Of a stretch of DNA of 64,000 nt, positions 58,508-64,000 are shown piece by piece. The notes beneath the pieces are model-generated. The model was given only the letters and a program-made list of their open reading frames with translations. It was not told the origin of the DNA and searched no databases. Positions within the stretch are counted from its first letter, which is position 1. Each line of letters starts with the position of its first letter. Both the position numbers and the translations under genes were made by a program. This stretch comes from Amphiscolops sp. MND2022 (taxonomy: Eukaryota): NCBI GenBank assembly GCA_964187785.1, contig OZ076409.1:2854001-2918000 (forward strand), read 5' to 3'.

Positions 58508-58660
58508 ATGATAACAGTGATAACTCCTGAAGACCCGGATTATCTACTCATTGCTGGAATCTTTCTCGTGTTCATCACCCTTGTCACCTGTCTTTGTGCA
58601 CTTACTTTCAATTTTGCTATTGAAAACTCAATTGCAGAATATTATTCATCTACACCTTAA
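58508..58660 (+). CDS. Leader micro-ORF 2 (50 aa), predicted single TM, paralogue of micro-ORF 1
   Basis: MITVITPEDPDYLLIAGIFLVFITLVTCLCALTFNFAIENSIAEYYSSTP. Confidence 0.55.
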   Translation: MITVITPEDPDYLLIAGIFLVFITLVTCLCALTFNFAIENSIAEYYSSTP

Positions 58661-58709
58661 CTAAGATAACTTCAATCACAAGAAGACACAAACTGTCACA
58701 AATCTGAGA

Positions 58710-59975
58710 ATGGCTCAGAACGCAGTCTCTTTCCCCGATCTAGCTTTGGACAAGTTCTCTGGGAACGACCCAGACCAAGATGTTAAATCATTTCTTCTGA
58801 CAGTAGAAAACAAGATAGATTTTTCACTTGGATCACCCCCAAATGCAGCTGATGATGCAGCTAGATATCTCTTCAGAAAGAAAGCACTTTTCTCATCTCT
58901 CCTCCGCGGACCAGCCGCAGAATGGTACGAAGGATTTAACGTAGGTAACCCACTACCTACTTGGATTCAAGTCAGGACAGCTTTCATAACTCGCTTCTCA
59001 GATGACAGAGACAAATACAGGCACAGAATAACTGCTGAAAACTGTGTTAGAGGAAAAGAAGAACTAGTCAAAAATTTCTATCATAGAGTCAAACAAGCAG
59101 TAGACAAAGGATGGCCTATTGATGCAGCAGCCAATCAAAATGAGAGAGATGCTCAACAAAACTTGAGAAATCAGAAGTATATTGACTTCACAATCAGAGG
59201 ACTAACTCCTTCGGGACTTAAGAGGAAAGCTCATGAATACCTGATAGAACATCCAAATACAACATGGGACAATTTCAAAGACCATGTCGCCAACAAAGAC
59301 TTGATTTACTCAGTAAGTTCGGAATTTGTACCAAACTCAACTAATGAGCAGAACTCTAAACTAGACTCGTTAGAAAAACAAGTCAGAGAGCTTTCAACAC
59401 TTCTGAAAGAACAACAAGTTAATGCTTTGAATCAAGCCAACACACGAACCAATGATGTGAACAATAAATCCAGACAGAATGCCACACGCTTCTGTCACTA
59501 TTGTAGACGAAACGGGCACACTCTACAATATTGCAGAACTAAAGCTTTTGATGACGAACGAAAACGCCAATACAATCGTGAGAACCAGCAGAAAAAGCCA
59601 ACGTTCACCAATGATTACAACAAGAGAAAGGGACCGAATTTTGGATCACACAACTACCACAACTCAAATTCTCAACACAATTCCAACTCTTCACAAAGAT
59701 TTGGTAACAGTTATAGTCAGCCGTACAATAGAAACCAAAATTTCAGCAATCAGAATCATAACAACCAGAGTAACTCGAATCAAGGGCAGAATCAACGAAC
59801 AGGGCAAAATAACTACAACTTTCCCGCAAGGCAGAATAACAACTCCAATACTCAGTATAACAGAAATTTCCCTCAGAACAATTCTAACGCTCTCTCTAAC
59901 AATGTGCAATTCATTGATGACGACTCGCAAGAGATGATAAACTCAATCTCCAACTACTTTGCTTTAAACTACTAA
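58710..59975 (+). CDS. gag: Element D gag (421 aa)
   Basis: KFSGNDPDQDV...SLLRGPAAEWY capsid pattern; CHYCRRNGHTLQYC knuckle; N/Q-rich tail. Confidence 0.92.
   Translation: MAQNAVSFPDLALDKFSGNDPDQDVKSFLLTVENKIDFSLGSPPNAADDAARYLFRKKALFSSLLRGPAAEWYEGFNVGNPLPTWIQVRTAFITRFSDDRDKYRHRITAENCVRGKEELVKNFYHRVKQAVDKGWPIDAAANQNERDAQQNLRNQKYIDFTIRGLTPSGLKRKAHEYLIEHPNTTWDNFKDHVANKDLIYSVSSEFVPNSTNEQNSKLDSLEKQVRELSTLLKEQQVNALNQANTRTNDVNNKSRQNATRFCHYCRRNGHTLQYCRTKAFDDERKRQYNRENQQKKPTFTNDYNKRKGPNFGSHNYHNSNSQHNSNSSQRFGNSYSQPYNRNQNFSNQNHNNQSNSNQGQNQRTGQNNYNFPARQNNNSNTQYNRNFPQNNSNALSNNVQFIDDDSQEMINSISNYFALNY
59963..59969 (+). promoter_or_regulatory. -1 frameshift heptamer T_TTA_AAC (element D)
   Basis: GCT TTA AAC TAC TAA; the -1 frame opens pol. 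Confidence 0.88.
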
Positions 59976-62900
59976 GGTCTCCGCAGCCAGATGAAGAAAG
60001 TAACTTCAAATCACGCTTCCATATGAATGTTTTCTATTTTCCCACCGGAGACTCTAAAAAAGATAGTGGACTTGAAATCGAATTCATGGTAGATACCGGA
60101 GCAGCTTGCTCTATCATCAACTATCGCACTTTTTGTGAAATTTCTCAGTTTCTGCAACCAATTACAGTAGTGAGAAGTAAACAAAAGACAAGAACGTACA
60201 CTGGAGAAGAAATACCGATGTTGGGTCATACAACTCTAAACTTTAGTTTTGACTCTGATGGACAACACTGCTTTCAACTCCAACTCTGGATAACAGAAAC
60301 CAAAACAGCAAATCTTTTGGGTATTGAATTCTGCAGAAAATATATCTCCAAACTCCACTTCGATATTCCGGCACTGGAACTTAAAGACACTCCTAATACA
60401 ATTTGCTATGGCAGCCTTTGTGCTACCAAACCTTATCCCTACCTATCACTAATCAGGGCAATACGAATACCGCATCAGATACACATTGATGCTAAGACCT
60501 CTCGTGTCTACAAATATCAACCAAAAGAAGAACAAACTAATTTTGCACCAGGAACTACTTTTATCCCTCATCAAAAAGTAGCTAACTCAGGACTGGACTT
60601 TGTGAATGTACTTTGTACGCAATCAGAACAATACCTACCAATTCTAATGGAGAACAACAAAAACCACCAAATAACTCTTGATAAAGGAATTTTGGGATAT
60701 TCATCGCTGGATATACTCGATTTCGAACGACCGAAATACCAAATAAAAGATTGCGTTAAAATGGTTGACTGTATACTATCTGAGAATGATCAGTATAACG
60801 AATGTTTCCTACTACACTCGACACTACCCCATGAACCAGACTTCAGAGATGGCATACGTATCATCAATGGGAACGATGATACAATCTTTGAAAGTCAAAC
60901 AGCCATTGCTCACTGCATATCGGCAGACGCAAAGATGAGTAAAGGCTTTGCTGAAACTATCACTAACCACATCGGTGGACTACAAGAATATTGCTACAAA
61001 TCAAAAGCTTTTGTTGGTTCAGTTATACCTTTCTGGGACAATGATGCAAATAGATTCGTATACAACCTTGTTACAAAGAACAAGTTCTTTGAAAAACCTA
61101 CCCTTGAGAACCTTCAAATATCGCTTGAAAACATGAAAGGCCACGCTCTGCGCAACAATGTTCACATAATAACAATGCCAAAAATTGGTTGTGGACTCGA
61201 CAAACTCCCTTGGAATGAAGTACTAAAGATATTGAAAGACACATTCACTGACTCTGGAATTCTCATTCAGATCATCTCCAGAAATGAACTAGGCTGTAAA
61301 ATGGCTAACAAACCTTCGAGCTCTATCGAAGATGAAATTGATAACTACACGAACGAATGGACGAATGAAAAGAACGAGCTAGAAACAGACTTCACCAAAG
61401 ATTCAAAATCATGTCAGCCTCCGTGTAAGGAACAATTTCCAATACTGAGACCTAAAGAGTTAAACAATGATCTCATCGACTACTATCTACAGTATCAACC
61501 TCAAGAAATAAAAGACTTCATCAAACAATTCGATTTTCAATACACCGATTTGGAAGATGAAGAACTTGTTATGCTGATAGATATGATCATTGACTCCAGA
61601 GATGTATACTCACAACACAAATTCGATATTGGCCAAACCAAACAGAAGTTCCATGTCACTCTAAAACCAAACTCAGAACTCCGCAAACAACGTCCTAGCA
61701 AAGTTCCACTCCATCTGAAAGATAAGCTTGAAAAACTTCTTGGACAACTACAAGAAACGGGCATCATTAGAGAAATGGGAGACGACGACGAGCTTGGTTC
61801 ACTATTCGTAAATCCAATCATTCTCCTACCTAAAGCTGACTATGTTAAACTTGTTATTGACGCTAGATATCTAAATTCTATCACTGACTTAACAAACTAC
61901 TCTTGGCCACTCGAGCCAGTCCAAATGATTATGACAAGAATCAACGGCAAGTATTTTACAGCAAGTGATCTTTCTTGTGCATATCACCAAGTACCTCTTA
62001 GTGAAGAAACTCAGAAACTAACTAGTTTCATCGTAGGTGGAAAACAATACACCTATCAAGTTGGATTCTATGGCCTTTGTGGACTCCCTCAATGGCTCAG
62101 CCGAATGATGGCGATTAACTTCGAACCACTTGTAAAGAAGAAACAAGCAATCACCTATCTTGACGATAGTCTTCTCCAATCACAAAACAAAGGCGAGATG
62201 TTCACAATCATACACGAATATCACCAACTTCTACGAAAAGGTGGACTAAAAGCCGCACCTGACAAGACACACTTCTTCTTGAGAAAAGTAAAGTTCCTGG
62301 GACACGTTATATCTCAGGACGGAATTCAACCAGTAGCTAAACGAGTACAAGACTTGAAGAATTTGAAGTCACCGGAATGCAAACGAGGCGTAATGAAAGT
62401 CCTCGGATGTTTAGGCTTTTATAGCTGTTATATCAAGAATCTACACGTCGATAGTCAACCGTTCTATGAATTGATAAAAGACACTACACCTTTCAAATGG
62501 ACTGAACAACACGAAACACTTTTCAACCAGATAAAAGAAAGAATCTCAGAAGATACTATTTTAGCAGTTCCTTCAACTGAATACCCTTTTCATATTCACG
62601 TTGACTCTTCGAATGTAGGGACTGGATGTATCTTAGTTCAACAATTTCCAGAAGGAAAACGAATAGTCTCTTTCAACTCTCGTGTCTTTGATAAAGCAGA
62701 ACAAAAAATGTCTACCCTCCACCGAGAACTTTGTGGTATTGTATCTGCACTACAAACCTATGAGCACTACATTATTGGCTCACCATTTCCAATCGACCTA
62801 TACTGTGACCACAAACCCATTCTCTACTTATGGGGACGAAAAGGACAACTTTCTCATCGGTTCTTCAAGTACCAAGTTATAATAACAAAATTTCACAACT

Positions 62901-64000
62901 TGAAGATAATCTGGACGCCAGGTTCAAACTTAGCTTTCCCAGATATACTTAGCCGAAACGTAACACTGTCCGACATCAACAAATTCCAGCTACAGCATAA
63001 AGAAATACCGAAAGAGATATCATTCTATGATGAAAAGGGAGACCAGATGCATTACACTATCAAACACGAAGATAGCCAAGATATCTCATGCAACGACTTC
63101 TTTCCGATAATCTGCCAACATGGAAACGATAGACAAATCCTACACCTAAAGAATGATGGTGACGAACAATATGTCGAAGACTACATAGAAGACAATGAAG
63201 TCTTAGCTACAATACAAGACATGACCGATTGCTTTAAACTCGGCAAGACAATAAACCAATATAAACGACTTTGCTCAGATGTTTGCCCCTACTTCACAAA
63301 TTACACTATCGAAGAGGAAACCTACAGCGAAATTGAAGAACAACAAGATGACGGCTACAACAGCGACAACGAAATAGCAGAACTAAACTTCGATCAGAAG
63401 GACTCCGAATTCTTACACGATTTCTCACTTGCAAACGAATCAATCCGAAGAAACCAGTCACGAAAACCAATTCTAAAATCCAACATAGACTCAGAATTAC
63501 ACCCAGAGGTAGACACAAAGGAATTGATACAAAAATTGAGTGATTTTGCAAAAACTGCTGATTTAGATGTAACTACATTAGTTGAAGAACAACTCAATGA
63601 TCCAGTACTACAAAAAGTACGCAGTTGGATAAAGAAATCAGATAAACGACCAACAAAAACACATGATATCAATCAATCTAAAGCACTACTGTCATACTTC
63701 AACCGATTTGAGCAACTCTTTATAGACGAAGAAACCAACCTCCTATGCTACAACGAGACAGTTCAGGAAACAAGCAAAACTGAGATGAAAATATGTGTTC
63801 CTCTATCATTGTTTCTACCACTTTTCAAACTTGCTCACACACACAGCCACAGTGGTCATCCTGGAATATTTAAGACCTTTGAAAATATTAGACAATATTT
63901 CTTTTGGCCAGGACGATACAAATGGATAGTTTATCTCATAGAAGACTGTATCGAATGTCAAACCAATAAGTCAAAACGTCATGACTTACACGAAGCTCCC
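59963..64000 (+). CDS. pol: Element D pol, partial: protease, macrodomain, RT, RNase H, integrase Zn finger
   Basis: Manual translation (not in the ORF track, consistent with running off the window): FMVDTGAACS, AHCISAD...IGCGLD, ITYLDDS, IHVDSS...CDHKP...PDILSR, HSGHPG...CIEC. Confidence 0.93.

Larger units (their letters stand above)
55749..64000 (+). mobile_element. Element D: Ty3/Gypsy LTR retrotransposon of a different lineage, truncated by window end
   Basis: PBS, gag, slippery site, open pol. Left boundary inferred only from a 7-bp inverted terminus. Confidence 0.88.

Overview
Eukaryotic (metazoan, AT-rich) genomic DNA; species not determinable from the window. The host locus is a multi-exon cadherin-repeat gene on the minus strand (7 exons found, 23755-54134). 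Its introns and flanks hold four LTR retroelements, a solo-LTR-like repeat, a LINE fragment, MITEs and HINE/Helentron-like repeats. Element A (<1-13108, minus) is an apparently intact Ty3/Gypsy. Element B (14395-23112) is decayed and non-autonomous. Element C (26747-42036) is a full-length but inactivated relative of A. Element D (~55749->64000) is a different Gypsy lineage with open gag/pol. Main observation: A and C each carry, between pol and the 3' LTR, an antisense intron-containing gene. It encodes a Zn-finger protein resembling a catalytically dead hAT transposase, with three intron positions shared by the two elements. Each element also has its own spaced palindrome (GGAC-N5-GTCC in A; GTCRRC-N5-GYYGAC in C) clustered in its LTR and upstream of that gene, suggesting an element-encoded regulator/operator system (inference). 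In A and C gag begins inside the LTR and reads through the PBS. D has a TARG1/OARD1-type macrodomain in Pol and two paralogous transmembrane micro-ORFs in its leader. All calls are by eye, without database searches.
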